From IMG/VR virus record IMGVR_UViG_3300031746_000001: a stretch of DNA of 64,000 bases. One strand, written 5' to 3'. Positions 36,392-45,112 of the stretch are shown here, one piece after another. The translations under genes and the position numbers were made by a program. Origin of the DNA: a virus. Position 1 is the first letter of the stretch; every line of letters starts with the position of its first letter. A model generated the notes under the pieces. The model worked only from the letters and a program-made list of their open reading frames with translations, was not told where the DNA came from and did no database searches.

Positions 36392-37113
36392 TCTTTCTGC
36401 GCGATATCCAGGATGACCGTCGAGTCCCGCCCGCACTTGTCGCAGGTGATGTCGACGTCCGTGTTGACCCCGCCCTCGTGTTCCTCGAAGGCCGACCGCA
36501 GTTTGTTGCGATCCTTCAGGGACAGGGCCTTGACCTGCTGGACGTTCTTGACGGGCGCCCCGTCGATCTCCACCAGACGAAGCCCGATGGCATGGCTCAG
36601 GAAGTCCTGATCGTTCCGCTTCGCCGTCAAGAGACCCTCTTCCCGTCCGGTCATGATCTTGAGCTTCGCCTTCGATCCGGAAGGAAGCTCAACCGTGTAT
36701 TCCCGAACCATCTTGTTCGGGAGAGCCTTGATCTCGAGGTCGTCGAGGTTGACCTCGTAGTTCCCCGGCTCCCCGCACTCCGGGCAGTTTACCCGCATGG
36801 GGAATATCGGGCCGAGGGACGCCTTCCGAATGAGCAACATCAGGACGACCCGATCCCCGACCGTCATGTCCTGGACGGCCTCGAGCATCCCGTTCTGATC
36901 GAGGATTCCGTCAATCTTCTCTCCGTCCGCACTCTCCAAGCTCGTGATGCAGTGCGACATGACGAGATTCATCCGGCGACCAACCGAGATCTTCCGATCG
37001 GTCATGACGTCCTCCTCCACGCCCGTCATCTCGCGGAGAAAAACCAGGTCATACAGCTTCCCTTCTTTGATCACTCCCCCGGGAAGGATTTGTCTATCTA
37101 CCTGCGTGTCCAT
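36367..37113 (-). CDS. Tail assembly chaperone (gpG-like / T4 gp26-gp51-like, two CxxC motifs)
   Basis: LREMTGVEED, MTVGDRV.LMLLIR..SLG, CPECG, ELPSG, CDKCG, terminal DFFFP; directly upstream of the tape measure gene. Confidence 0.8.
   Translation of the reverse strand: MDTQVDRQILPGGVIKEGKLYDLVFLREMTGVEEDVMTDRKISVGRRMNLVMSHCITSLESADGEKIDGILDQNGMLEAVQDMTVGDRVVLMLLIRKASLGPIFPMRVNCPECGEPGNYEVNLDDLEIKALPNKMVREYTVELPSGSKAKLKIMTGREEGLLTAKRNDQDFLSHAIGLRLVEIDGAPVKNVQQVKALSLKDRNKLRSAFEEHEGGVNTDVDITCDKCGRDSTVILDIAQKDFFFPSAT
36385..36391 (-). promoter_or_regulatory. -1 ribosomal frameshift slippery site (T TTT TTC)
   Basis: Zero-frame codons AAA GAT TTT TTC TTC give a canonical X XXY YYZ heptamer. Confidence 0.8.
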
Positions 37114-37164
37114 TGCTCCGACTCCTTTCTGCATCGAAAGTTATGGGCCTCTTTGCTGGCGCCA

Positions 37165-37569
37165 TCATACCACCAGCGTCTTGTCCCCGTTCTCGCTAGA
37201 AACGATCCTACGAACGTCTTCCAGAAACGCATTCGGTTTGAACGCCGGAGTCCCCTTCGTGATGAACTTCCGAATGCCCATTAAAAGGCTTCGCTTCTCG
37301 GGCTTGAGATCGGCCTCCTTTAAGGCCGTCAGAACAATCACCGGCACGTTTCTCATCTCATCGTCCCGCTTCATCTGCTCGAACACTGTGAACCCGTCCA
37401 TATCCGGCATCATAAGGTCCAAAACTACGAGCTGTGGTTTGATCTCCCTGATCTTCTGCAATCCCGACACCCCTCCATCCGCCAGAGCTACAGTATACCC
37501 GTTATGCTCGAGGAGGTCTTTCAGCATCTCCCTAACGAACATGTTGTCGTCCACGATTAGGATACTCAT
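37165..37569 (-). CDS. Single-domain response regulator (CheY-like receiver)
   Basis: ILIVDD, LVVLDLMMPDMDGF (phosphoacceptor Asp), VPVIVLTA and FITK are all present; no output domain. Confidence 0.92.
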   Translation of the reverse strand: MSILIVDDNMFVREMLKDLLEHNGYTVALADGGVSGLQKIREIKPQLVVLDLMMPDMDGFTVFEQMKRDDEMRNVPVIVLTALKEADLKPEKRSLLMGIRKFITKGTPAFKPNAFLEDVRRIVSSENGDKTLVV

Positions 37570-37983
37570 TCATTGTAGCTTTTCAAGCCTGCGGTCAATA
37601 CTCACCATCCGTTCAGCGATTACTCCATGTTGCGATACAGCAGTAGCCAGAGCCTCGTCCTGCTTTCTTTGGTGAGCTAGGCACCCCTCCTCTCTTCGGT
37701 TTATGCTATCAACCAAAGACTGCAAAACCCTCGTATTCTCTATCGTCACTGCTCGGTAGTCCGAAGTTACTCTTTCCAGGGAGGCCAGAAACTTCTCGGT
37801 CAACGACTTCCTTTCCTCGGTAGCCTTATTGCTCTGATCAGTTTTATCTTCGATCAGCTTGTTGAGCGTCCTCATCGCGAACCAGAGAGCCCCGATGATG
37901 ACGACGATGGAAACGACGGTCAGAGCTCCGTATTTCGATACCGCCTCCCAGAAAGCCGGGCTGAACGGGCCGAAGGAATTCAT
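37570..37983 (-). CDS. Single-TM coiled-coil membrane protein (holin/antiholin-like)
   Basis: YGALTVVSIVVIIGALWFAM TM segment followed by a long coiled coil. Confidence 0.55.
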   Translation of the reverse strand: MNSFGPFSPAFWEAVSKYGALTVVSIVVIIGALWFAMRTLNKLIEDKTDQSNKATEERKSLTEKFLASLERVTSDYRAVTIENTRVLQSLVDSINRREEGCLAHQRKQDEALATAVSQHGVIAERMVSIDRRLEKLQ

Positions 37984-38009
37984 AAGATCATCTCATCCAG
38001 ACTAAAAGG

Positions 38010-38366
38010 TTATCTCCGAAGGTGCGCTGGTCTGAGTTCCCGGTCAAGCAGGTCCCGGATGAACTCGCTGGCGCTGATGTTCTGTGCTCGAGCAGTTTCA
38101 ATAAGAAGTTCTCTCTGCCCCCGGGAAAGCAAGAAGTTCGCCCGCACGGGGATCTTGTTCCCAAACCGCTTCCTCCCCTTTTCGCTCTCGGCGACAAAAT
38201 CGCAGTACTCGCAGAGAAGGACGTACCCAATGGCCTGTCCGTTGGCCTCCGGATCGACCTTGTGCATCACAAAGTTCCGATCTCCCCCGCAGTGCTGGCA
38301 GACCTTATCCCTAGCGACCACCTCGGCTTTGATCTGGTAAAAAGTCTCCTCATCTACATACGCCAT
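38010..38366 (-). CDS. Degenerate HNH-like Zn module fused to a ribbon-helix-helix domain
   Basis: RDKVCQHCG....MH...LLCEYC, then NFLLSRGQRELLIETARAQNISASEFIRDLLDREL; GGAGGT RBS. Confidence 0.6.
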   Translation of the reverse strand: MAYVDEETFYQIKAEVVARDKVCQHCGGDRNFVMHKVDPEANGQAIGYVLLCEYCDFVAESEKGRKRFGNKIPVRANFLLSRGQRELLIETARAQNISASEFIRDLLDRELRPAHLRR

Positions 38367-38385
38367 AAGTTACACACCTCCGTTC

Positions 38386-38415
38386 AAAAAAATTAGAGAG
38401 AAGCGATCGCTATCT
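38386..38415 (-). terminator. Possible intrinsic terminator at the end of the second tube gene
   Basis: Imperfect GAGATAGCGATCGCTTCTCTC stem followed by TAATTTTTT. Confidence 0.3.
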
Positions 38416-38974
38416 CGTCGAAGTTCTCCATCGACAGCTCAACCTCGGCTATCGATATCTCCCCAGACTGGGAGTCGAAGTCCGACCCAACCTTGTAACG
38501 GGTCGGGATCGTGTTCTCGAGCATCCACAGCTTGGCCGGGAAGATGTTTAACGCCCGATCCCAACCCCGGAAGGGAAGGAAGAACTTCATGGCGTTCGGA
38601 ACGCCCCGCAGGAACTGAATCAAGAACAGGTCTTTGCGAAACCCGCTCTTGAGCCCGAACATCCCGATATCGAGGCCGAAGGTTTTTGCGCCAACCGCCG
38701 CCCGGCTCGTCCATCGCCAGAAGTCGCTGTCGTAAAACGTGACTCCCTTTGATAAGGTCAGCGTGTTGACTGAGGCTCCGGTAATAAGCTTGCGCTTGAA
38801 TGGCCAATTCCCCTCCTTGATTTCCTCGGTGTCGAGCGTGATTTCCGGCGCGGTTACGCTCCGAAAACCAGCCTGGATGAGCTGAGCCAACATGCTCGTC
38901 TCCCCCAGGGAATAATCCAAGAGATAGAAAACGTTCGGTTGAAGGTATTCGGCAAATCTGCGCCTGCCCACCAA
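38393..38974 (-). CDS. Tail tube protein 2 (T4 gp19 / Afp-like)
   Basis: GFRSVTAPEITLDTEEIKEGNW...LTLSKGV...DFWRW...RKDL...W.LEN..PTRYK..SDFDSQSGEISIAEVEL. Confidence 0.88.
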   Translation of the reverse strand: MVGRRRFAEYLQPNVFYLLDYSLGETSMLAQLIQAGFRSVTAPEITLDTEEIKEGNWPFKRKLITGASVNTLTLSKGVTFYDSDFWRWTSRAAVGAKTFGLDIGMFGLKSGFRKDLFLIQFLRGVPNAMKFFLPFRGWDRALNIFPAKLWMLENTIPTRYKVGSDFDSQSGEISIAEVELSMENFDEIAIASL

Positions 38975-39003
38975 TCACCTCCGGCCTCTACTCGGAATGT
39001 CGA

Positions 39004-39531
39004 TTACCCGACGCTGAGCTCCATCCACTCGAAGGCGAGGTCGATGGATTCCACGGAGATCTCTCCGGACGTGGCGTCGAAGTCCGACGCCAGCTTGCAA
39101 CGGATCGGGAAGGCCTCGTGAAGCTTGATCCTCCGGTTGGCCGATCCCGTGTTAACCTGCCAAGGGTCCGGATGCTGGGCGTCGCTCTTCCAGTCATCCC
39201 GGTGGAAGTGGAAGATGACCAGATCGGTACGGTAGTCCTGGCCGTTGATCTTCTTCACGATCCAGTCATAGAACCCGTTGTTGCTCTTCACCACGCCCCG
39301 CTCGAGGGAGCAGTCCGTGACCGTCGTGTTCCCGGGGTACTTCCTCTCCATCCTCCAAATGCCTTCCTTGTAGGTCACTGCGTCCGTGTTGAACTCCGGG
39401 AAAGAGCATGTCCGGAATCCGCCGTGTGGCTCCTTGAAGGCGTTCTTGATATACGCCGGGGCCCCTTCGTCGCAGGTTACGTGGAAGCGATATGCTTGGA
39501 GGAAGTCTGTTACCTGTGCTCTTGCACCCAT
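39004..39531 (-). CDS. Tail tube protein 1 (T4 gp19 / Afp-like)
   Basis: D.LQAYRFHV, GGF..CS.PE.....YKEG....KYPG......LERGV....FYDW, YR.DL.I, EAFP....SDFDATSGEISVESIDLAFE. Confidence 0.92.
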   Translation of the reverse strand: MGARAQVTDFLQAYRFHVTCDEGAPAYIKNAFKEPHGGFRTCSFPEFNTDAVTYKEGIWRMERKYPGNTTVTDCSLERGVVKSNNGFYDWIVKKINGQDYRTDLVIFHFHRDDWKSDAQHPDPWQVNTGSANRRIKLHEAFPIRCKLASDFDATSGEISVESIDLAFEWMELSVG

Positions 39532-39543
39532 GTTTAAGTCCTC

Positions 39544-39720
39544 CTATTGATCTTCACGTTCATCGTCATCATCGGGAGTAGGAACGCGCCGTACCATAAC
39601 AATCGGAAACGGTGGAACCCCCATGTGCGGGGCAACGTTCCCTGTCGTCGTGGCGCTCTCTACCGGAGTCCACTCCGCAGGGCCACCGTCCGGCTTCTGT
39701 GCGGCGCGTCCCTTATCCAT
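39544..39720 (-). CDS. Small 58-aa protein, missed by the ORF track
   Basis: Read by hand: AGGTG RBS, MDKGRAAQKPDGGPAEWTPVESATTTGNVAPHMGVPPFPIVMVRRVPTPDDDDEREDQ; its stop overlaps the tube-gene RBS. Confidence 0.6.
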   Translation of the reverse strand: MDKGRAAQKPDGGPAEWTPVESATTTGNVAPHMGVPPFPIVMVRRVPTPDDDDEREDQ

Positions 39721-39727
39721 GATTCAC

Positions 39728-39769
39728 CTATTGGGCCTTCGTCGTCTTCTGCATGAACTGGAACACGAC
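39728..39769 (-). pseudogene. Displaced duplicate of the tail sheath 3' end (VVFQFMQKTTKAQ-stop)
   Basis: Encodes the same 13 residues plus stop as 40563..40604, but 12 of 14 codons differ synonymously. Confidence 0.9.
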
Positions 39770-40560
39770 TACGCGGCCCACTTGTAGCCGTAAAAAGGTT
39801 GAATCTCATTTGGACAACAACCAATGTAAGACAGGAAACTATTCGTCGAAGAATCTGAAATTCCTATCACATTGTTTGACTTCTGCCGAGAAGCTTTAAA
39901 TCCTAAATTATGGATTTTCCTAACGAGCAACTCGACATCATCAACAGAAAAACCCTGCGTAGACAATAGTATTTTGCGACGGCGTCCTCCTGGACGGTGA
40001 AGCAAGTATCCGTCTCCGATATACCACTGTCTTACAACCAGAGGTTTTAAGTCGACATCCAAAGGAACGATCTTTCTTCCGTTGTCGTAAAACATTTTGT
40101 GCAATGAGAGTAGCTCGGGATACCTCAGAGATGCATAGTGATGAACTACACTTATGGCTCCACTTTTCCAGACCGTTCTGGTCTTTTGTATTTTCCCAGA
40201 TCGATACAGTCCGAAGCCTCTGAAGGTCTTGTCCAACCATTGGATATACCCCAGGTGCTTAGAACCACTCTGAAATCTTGCCGATCTCTCATTATCGGAG
40301 TGAAGATGCCCATCTCCCAGAAGCTCTCCGACCAAAAATTGAATCGCTTCTTCCGAGAGGCTAACGTGTTTCTCTCTTGTAAGATAGATAGCGTCCGCAC
40401 ACGACCTTCTTGGGATGCCAAACTTCACCATCCACATTTGAATGGCGTTGCTGGTCACCCCAAGATCGACCGCGATTTGATGGAGAGACTTCCTGCCCGA
40501 TACGTATTGGCTCCGAAGCCAATCTTCAGTCATCCATTTATAGAGCGGACGCCGATCCAT
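39769..40560 (-). mobile_element. Free-standing LAGLIDADG homing endonuclease with N-terminal HTH
   Basis: SLHQIAVDLGVTSNAIQMWM (HTH), FLVGELLGDGHL and RQWYIGDGY motifs, GRKIVP, LSTQGF; AT-rich relative to the sheath gene. Confidence 0.9.
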
Positions 40561-40562
40561 TC

Positions 40563-42134
40563 TTACTGAGCCTTGGTTGTTTTTTGCATAAATTGAAAGA
40601 CCACGAACTCGGCTGGTCTCTGCGGTGCGATCCCCACCTTGATATAGAGGAATCCGGCCTCCACAGCCTCCGATGGGTTGTTGGTCTCGTCGCAGACCAC
40701 GAAGAAGGCTTCCTCCGGGGTATTCCCTGCGAAGTAGCCCTCGTTGTAGTGGAACAACAGGAAGCTCTCCATCTGGAGCTTGGCCTTCAGCCGGGTCCCG
40801 GCGTCGTTATTCTCGAACACGATCCAGTGCGTGGCATCGAACGTGCTCTTCTCGAGGTACTGGAAAGTCCGCACGACCGACACGTAACGCCACAGGGTAT
40901 CGAGGGAACCCGTCCGGGCGCCCCAGACACAGCGGCCCGTCTGAGGGGTGCTGATCAGGGGGTTGATCCGTGCGGGGTAAATCAGATCCCGCTCGGCCTT
41001 CGTCAGCGTCCGCTCGAGATCGATGATCCCGGACAATGCCCCATCCGTGATCCCGGCAGGCGCCTTCGCCACGTTCCGGTTGTTGTCCGTCGCGGCATAG
41101 ACCCCGGCGACCAGCCCGACGTTCGGGAACAGCTTCGGCCTGCCGAGGTTGAGCGGGTCCTGAATCTTCACCCAGGGATAGTAGACGGCATACCGCTGGG
41201 AGTTCTTGTTGAGGGTCGTCCGCATGAACGTCAGGGAGTCCTGCGGAGAAAGCCCGCTCGGGGTCTGGCAGATGGCGAAGACATACTTGCGGTAGTCGGC
41301 GTAGTCGATCAACGCCCCCTGCACTGCCGCCGCTGTCGCGCCATCGGTATACCACATCTGGTCCGGAGCCACGAGCATGAACATCTCGTCGATGCTGTTG
41401 AGGCTTGCGAGAGCCCCGGACTGCGATGTCCCCCAGATGGCCTGGGTGGGCGCCGTCCCCTCCGTTCCGCCCGAGCAGGACGTTCCGGAAGGAAGCGCCG
41501 CGGGCACTCCACCGATCCCCTTCTCCACCCAGATGAAGTTCGACCCGGCGTTGATCACCTCCGGGAAATACTGCGGAGAAGCGGCATCGACGAAGTCGAC
41601 TGCTGTGAACGCCTCGACCTGCAAGACCTCCGAGGCTGGGGCGTCCTGGTAGAACACAGCCACGTCATACTTGAGCGGGCTGTAGTCCTCGTTCGGGGTG
41701 ACCGTGATCACGATCCGGTTGCCCCACTTCCCGGGCTCCTTGAGAGTGGTCTTCCCGTACCACTTCCCAGCCCAGATCGTCCACTCGTTGGACGGGGTGA
41801 CGTGCTTGGCTGTTATGGCGTCCGCTCCGACCAGCCGGGCGATATAAGCCCGCAGACCGCCCTTGTTGAAGAACATGGCCACCGACTGGGGCAGGTCGAA
41901 GAACTCGTAGACCGTGCCGCCGTCGGTGTAGCGGTTCATTCTGCCGAACTTGGTCTCGTAGTCGGCATAGCCCGTGATGAACAACGGGTACGGAGCGTTG
42001 CTGATAAGAGCGTCGACCGGGCCCCGCTCAGCGATACCAGGGAACACGCAGGTGGACGTCCCGACACCAGCTATCGCCCTGGCGCCTTCGCTCTTTTCCT
42101 GGATATAGATTCCAGGCGACAGATATTCGGGCAT
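40563..42134 (-). CDS. Contractile tail sheath protein
   Basis: MPEYLSPGIYIQE, GIAERGP, FFNKGG.RAYIAR, YAVYYPWVK, VAKAPAG, RINPL, VWGART, WRYVSVVR, WIVFENN, AFFVVCDETNN, GIAPQRPAEFVVF. Confidence 0.97.
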   Translation of the reverse strand: MPEYLSPGIYIQEKSEGARAIAGVGTSTCVFPGIAERGPVDALISNAPYPLFITGYADYETKFGRMNRYTDGGTVYEFFDLPQSVAMFFNKGGLRAYIARLVGADAITAKHVTPSNEWTIWAGKWYGKTTLKEPGKWGNRIVITVTPNEDYSPLKYDVAVFYQDAPASEVLQVEAFTAVDFVDAASPQYFPEVINAGSNFIWVEKGIGGVPAALPSGTSCSGGTEGTAPTQAIWGTSQSGALASLNSIDEMFMLVAPDQMWYTDGATAAAVQGALIDYADYRKYVFAICQTPSGLSPQDSLTFMRTTLNKNSQRYAVYYPWVKIQDPLNLGRPKLFPNVGLVAGVYAATDNNRNVAKAPAGITDGALSGIIDLERTLTKAERDLIYPARINPLISTPQTGRCVWGARTGSLDTLWRYVSVVRTFQYLEKSTFDATHWIVFENNDAGTRLKAKLQMESFLLFHYNEGYFAGNTPEEAFFVVCDETNNPSEAVEAGFLYIKVGIAPQRPAEFVVFQFMQKTTKAQ

Positions 42135-42137
42135 GAC

Positions 42138-42524
42138 TTATCCTCCTCCTCTCAGTTTTCTGTTCTCGGTCTTTGTTTCATGCGGTCTGGTTGGCGGGAC
42201 TTCCACTCTCACGGTCTCCTCAGCCTTCAAGGCGCCCGGTTCGACCTTCGGCTCGGGCGGCGGTGTGGGCTTCAGAGGTGGAGGTGTTACGTCCGGCTTT
42301 CTCTCGTGCGGCACGTGTTGTGCGACGCCGACCACCAGGGTTTCGCCTTCGATCTCCCCGACATACACAAGCCGACCACAGTCGAGCAGAGGCTTGTTCG
42401 GAGCGAAGGACGGCGGCGTCGTGGTCTGGTGGTTTCCATAATGCCGGATGTAGCAAACCGTCCCGTCCTTCTCCGTAAACTTAACGACTTGTGGTGTCGT
42501 CGATGTGTATCGATATTTTTTCAT
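42138..42524 (-). CDS. Hypothetical protein with Pro-rich C-terminus
   Basis: 128 aa, coupled between the terminator-like gene and the sheath gene. Confidence 0.6.
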   Translation of the reverse strand: MKKYRYTSTTPQVVKFTEKDGTVCYIRHYGNHQTTTPPSFAPNKPLLDCGRLVYVGEIEGETLVVGVAQHVPHERKPDVTPPPLKPTPPPEPKVEPGALKAEETVRVEVPPTRPHETKTENRKLRGGG

Positions 42525-43267
42525 GACGGTTGAGCCCCCTGATCAAAGGTTAAGTCTACTTCTCCCACGCCTCTCTCCTCTCTTTCTGGATGGAGATCGA
42601 ACTCCCCCTGCACCCGAATGCTCGCACCGAAGGCAACGTCTCTCTTGGCTAACGACACGAGGTTGGTCAAATCCTCCACGCCCTCGAGGATGAAGTCGTA
42701 GCCTCGTTCCGCTCCGATGGAGTCCCACACGGAGATTGCCCCGAGGGGATGGAACTTCCTGAGCATAAAACGGAACATGATCGCCCCCTGCCCCTGATTC
42801 CGAGCATGTCCCTGGATGCTGTAGGGGATATCCCACTGATATGACGCATCCCTCTCTGCGTAATGAGAATACCCCACCCCGGAGGGCACACCCCCGGAGG
42901 CCGGGACCCGGAAGGCCAGCTTCCCGACTTCGAACCGATCCATCGCCAGAACAGGGCTTCCCCGCTTGACCACGTAGGACGGGATGATGTAATCCCGCAG
43001 GGCCGTCTCCGGGTTGGTGACGTGAATCAAAACCTCGAGGGACCCTCCCCCCTGCCCCAACCCCGGAACGACCACAGTGTAGCACGATCCCCCAGAAGGC
43101 ACGACCGGAGTCCTGGCTAGGTCGATCCCCATCGAAGTCGCCCTTGCCGGAGTCATTAAAACGACCGTCCCGCCGAGGCTCCTCGCCACGCCCTCGTCGA
43201 AGTGCCTTAGAAAAACATCCCCAATCCTGTTCCCGATGATATGCGGGTCTGTGGGCACCCACGGCAC
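42521..43267 (-). CDS. Probable tail terminator / completion protein
   Basis: Position upstream of the sheath; PSYVVKR...WDIPYSIQ..AR...IRVQGEFDL beta/alpha pattern. Confidence 0.5.
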   Translation of the reverse strand: MPWVPTDPHIIGNRIGDVFLRHFDEGVARSLGGTVVLMTPARATSMGIDLARTPVVPSGGSCYTVVVPGLGQGGGSLEVLIHVTNPETALRDYIIPSYVVKRGSPVLAMDRFEVGKLAFRVPASGGVPSGVGYSHYAERDASYQWDIPYSIQGHARNQGQGAIMFRFMLRKFHPLGAISVWDSIGAERGYDFILEGVEDLTNLVSLAKRDVAFGASIRVQGEFDLHPEREERGVGEVDLTFDQGAQPS

Positions 43268-43277
43268 GTTCTTTCTC

Positions 43278-44084
43278 CTATGCTCCGATCAGCATCTTGA
43301 CGAACTCCTCAGACTCCTCCATCAGCTCTGCCGGAACCGCATTGGAGTCGACCTTAAGGTCATGCATCGAATAGTTACCGTCTTCCAGAATCGCATCCCG
43401 AAGTTTCGGGTCCCTCGCGATGATCCTGCGAACGAGAACCGGAACCATCGAGGTCATCAGCTTCCAGTGGTCGATGTATCGCTCCCCGGCCAACCCGAAC
43501 TCGGTCTGAACAGCCTTATAGCCGAGATCCATGTAGATCGGGCGTCCCGATCCGATCAACCCCCAGCGAAGGGGGACCCCGTTAATAAACATCAGGTCGG
43601 CTACGTCTTTGGCGGTCGGGATGAGCTGTTCTCTTCGGACGACGACGTCATCAGGTGTCGTAGTGCGATAGAGAACCTTGTAGAACTCGAGGTCAGGGAT
43701 AACAGGAACCTGATCCATCGTCCACGGCTGATAATGTTCGTAGACTCCTCCCCATGCGGGGACCGTGGTTCCTTTGAGCTCGAAGTAGAGGAGGGTTGTG
43801 ACGGCGTCCTTGTCATTGATGTTCTCCTCTTTCGCCTCACCATAGATCCCGGCGGCGATGACGTTATCTTCGATCATGTCTCTGTCTGGCTTTATGTCCC
43901 GCACCGAAAAGGCATCCCGGTAAAGGTCAAACTCCCCCTCCGGAAGAGCCCGCTTCAGAACTTTGAGACATTCCCTTGCGAGCTCCCGGATGAAGTGTCT
44001 CTTGAACGCATCGAAACGCTGGTCGGCCTCCTGGAAGAAGGCCGCTATCCGAGCGTGGTCTGGACCTAAGAACTTGACAGGCAT
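43278..44084 (-). CDS. Hypothetical neck/tail-completion region protein
   Basis: 268 aa, in operon order between the neck and terminator-like genes. Confidence 0.55.
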   Translation of the reverse strand: MPVKFLGPDHARIAAFFQEADQRFDAFKRHFIRELARECLKVLKRALPEGEFDLYRDAFSVRDIKPDRDMIEDNVIAAGIYGEAKEENINDKDAVTTLLYFELKGTTVPAWGGVYEHYQPWTMDQVPVIPDLEFYKVLYRTTTPDDVVVRREQLIPTAKDVADLMFINGVPLRWGLIGSGRPIYMDLGYKAVQTEFGLAGERYIDHWKLMTSMVPVLVRRIIARDPKLRDAILEDGNYSMHDLKVDSNAVPAELMEESEEFVKMLIGA

Positions 44085-44087
44085 CGG

Positions 44088-44474
44088 TTACCTTAACTCC
44101 GGAAGACTTCCCATGAGCTCGAGTTCCTTCGCCCTATCCTGAGCACGGAGCTTGCCTTCAGCGGCCGTGATGATCATCCAAAGCTGGTAGTCCTTGAATG
44201 ATCCCTCCCGCCAATGGTATTGATTACGCTTGATCCCCTTCCAGGTCAACAGGATTCTCCCGCCGTAATTTTTAAGGTATCCATATTTCAGAAGCTGAGC
44301 AAACGTTATCTTCTGGGCCGCCTGAAGCCGATCGAGATAGGGCTCCCCTTTCAAGGCCTTCGCCGTTAAGAAGATCGCCCTGATCATGTGCGCCAGAAGA
44401 GGAGGAACCTTCCTGAGCTTCTTGAGGTAAGCGAAGGTAACGTCCGACCCTGGATACTTGATCTCTCCTGGCAC
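44088..44474 (-). CDS. Hypothetical basic protein
   Basis: 128 aa; closely packed on the coding strand. Confidence 0.55.
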   Translation of the reverse strand: MPGEIKYPGSDVTFAYLKKLRKVPPLLAHMIRAIFLTAKALKGEPYLDRLQAAQKITFAQLLKYGYLKNYGGRILLTWKGIKRNQYHWREGSFKDYQLWMIITAAEGKLRAQDRAKELELMGSLPELR

Positions 44475-44483
44475 TCACAGACC

Positions 44484-44795
44484 CTACCACTGATCGGTGA
44501 TATCGGTAAGGGCGACGATCATAACGCTGGCTCTCCGGACGGCGTCCCGGAAGTTATTCGCTATCCGGGTTACCCGCTTGACATCCACAAGGCCCCGGCC
44601 TTTCACCTGTTCGTTGTAGAGATCATTGGCGAGCTTCTTGATCTCGTCCGTGATCTTCACGAGCTTCGAGACATTCTCTGCAATCTCGGCCTGTAGCTCT
44701 TCGGGATCCCTGCTCCGGAGCCCCGCTTCCCCGGGAGAGACGGCAGACTTCAAGGTCTCCTCTGTCAATGCGACCGACTTAAGCAGGTCGTTCAT
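44484..44795 (-). CDS. Leader-bearing small protein
   Basis: True start MNDLLKSVALT at 44795 (ATGA overlap, GAGGTG RBS); coiled coil. Confidence 0.7.
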   Translation of the reverse strand: MNDLLKSVALTEETLKSAVSPGEAGLRSRDPEELQAEIAENVSKLVKITDEIKKLANDLYNEQVKGRGLVDVKRVTRIANNFRDAVRRASVMIVALTDITDQW

Positions 44796-45112
44796 TTGGT
44801 CACCTCGTTGAAAATGTCCATGAGGCCCTTCACCTGCCCGGCAAGGGTGATCCCGGACTTCATGCCCTTCCGGTGAAGCCGAGACTCCTTCTCCTTGCGG
44901 GACCTCGAGCGCATGGTGAGGCCGAGGTCGGACTTCACGACCCTCCGGGTAGCCCTGCGGGCGTCCCTGCTGAACGGGGACACAACCCTTCCTGACTGCA
45001 CCGCGACCTTCCGGTAAGGGACCCGCTTCCACTGCTTGAGATGGGTCTTCTCTCCGGAGACGACCGCAGACGTCAACGCCTGCACTCCACTCAACAAGAC
45101 TTTCATGCTCAT
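44792..45112 (-). CDS. Leader-bearing small basic protein
   Basis: MSMKVLLSGVQAL...; very Arg/Lys-rich. Confidence 0.65.
   Translation of the reverse strand: MSMKVLLSGVQALTSAVVSGEKTHLKQWKRVPYRKVAVQSGRVVSPFSRDARRATRRVVKSDLGLTMRSRSRKEKESRLHRKGMKSGITLAGQVKGLMDIFNEVTK

Noticed and set aside
39721-40604. Group I intron in the sheath gene
   Set aside because: The endonuclease ORF starts 2 nt after the sheath stop and its stop overlaps the duplicate segment, leaving no room for a ribozyme core. The sheath is complete without splicing.
7745-42134. Stand-alone eCIS or tailocin locus
   Set aside because: It is contiguous with portal, protease, capsid and neck genes, so it is a phage tail.
40410-42533. 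707-aa plus-strand ORF
   Set aside because: Antisense shadow of the tail sheath gene.
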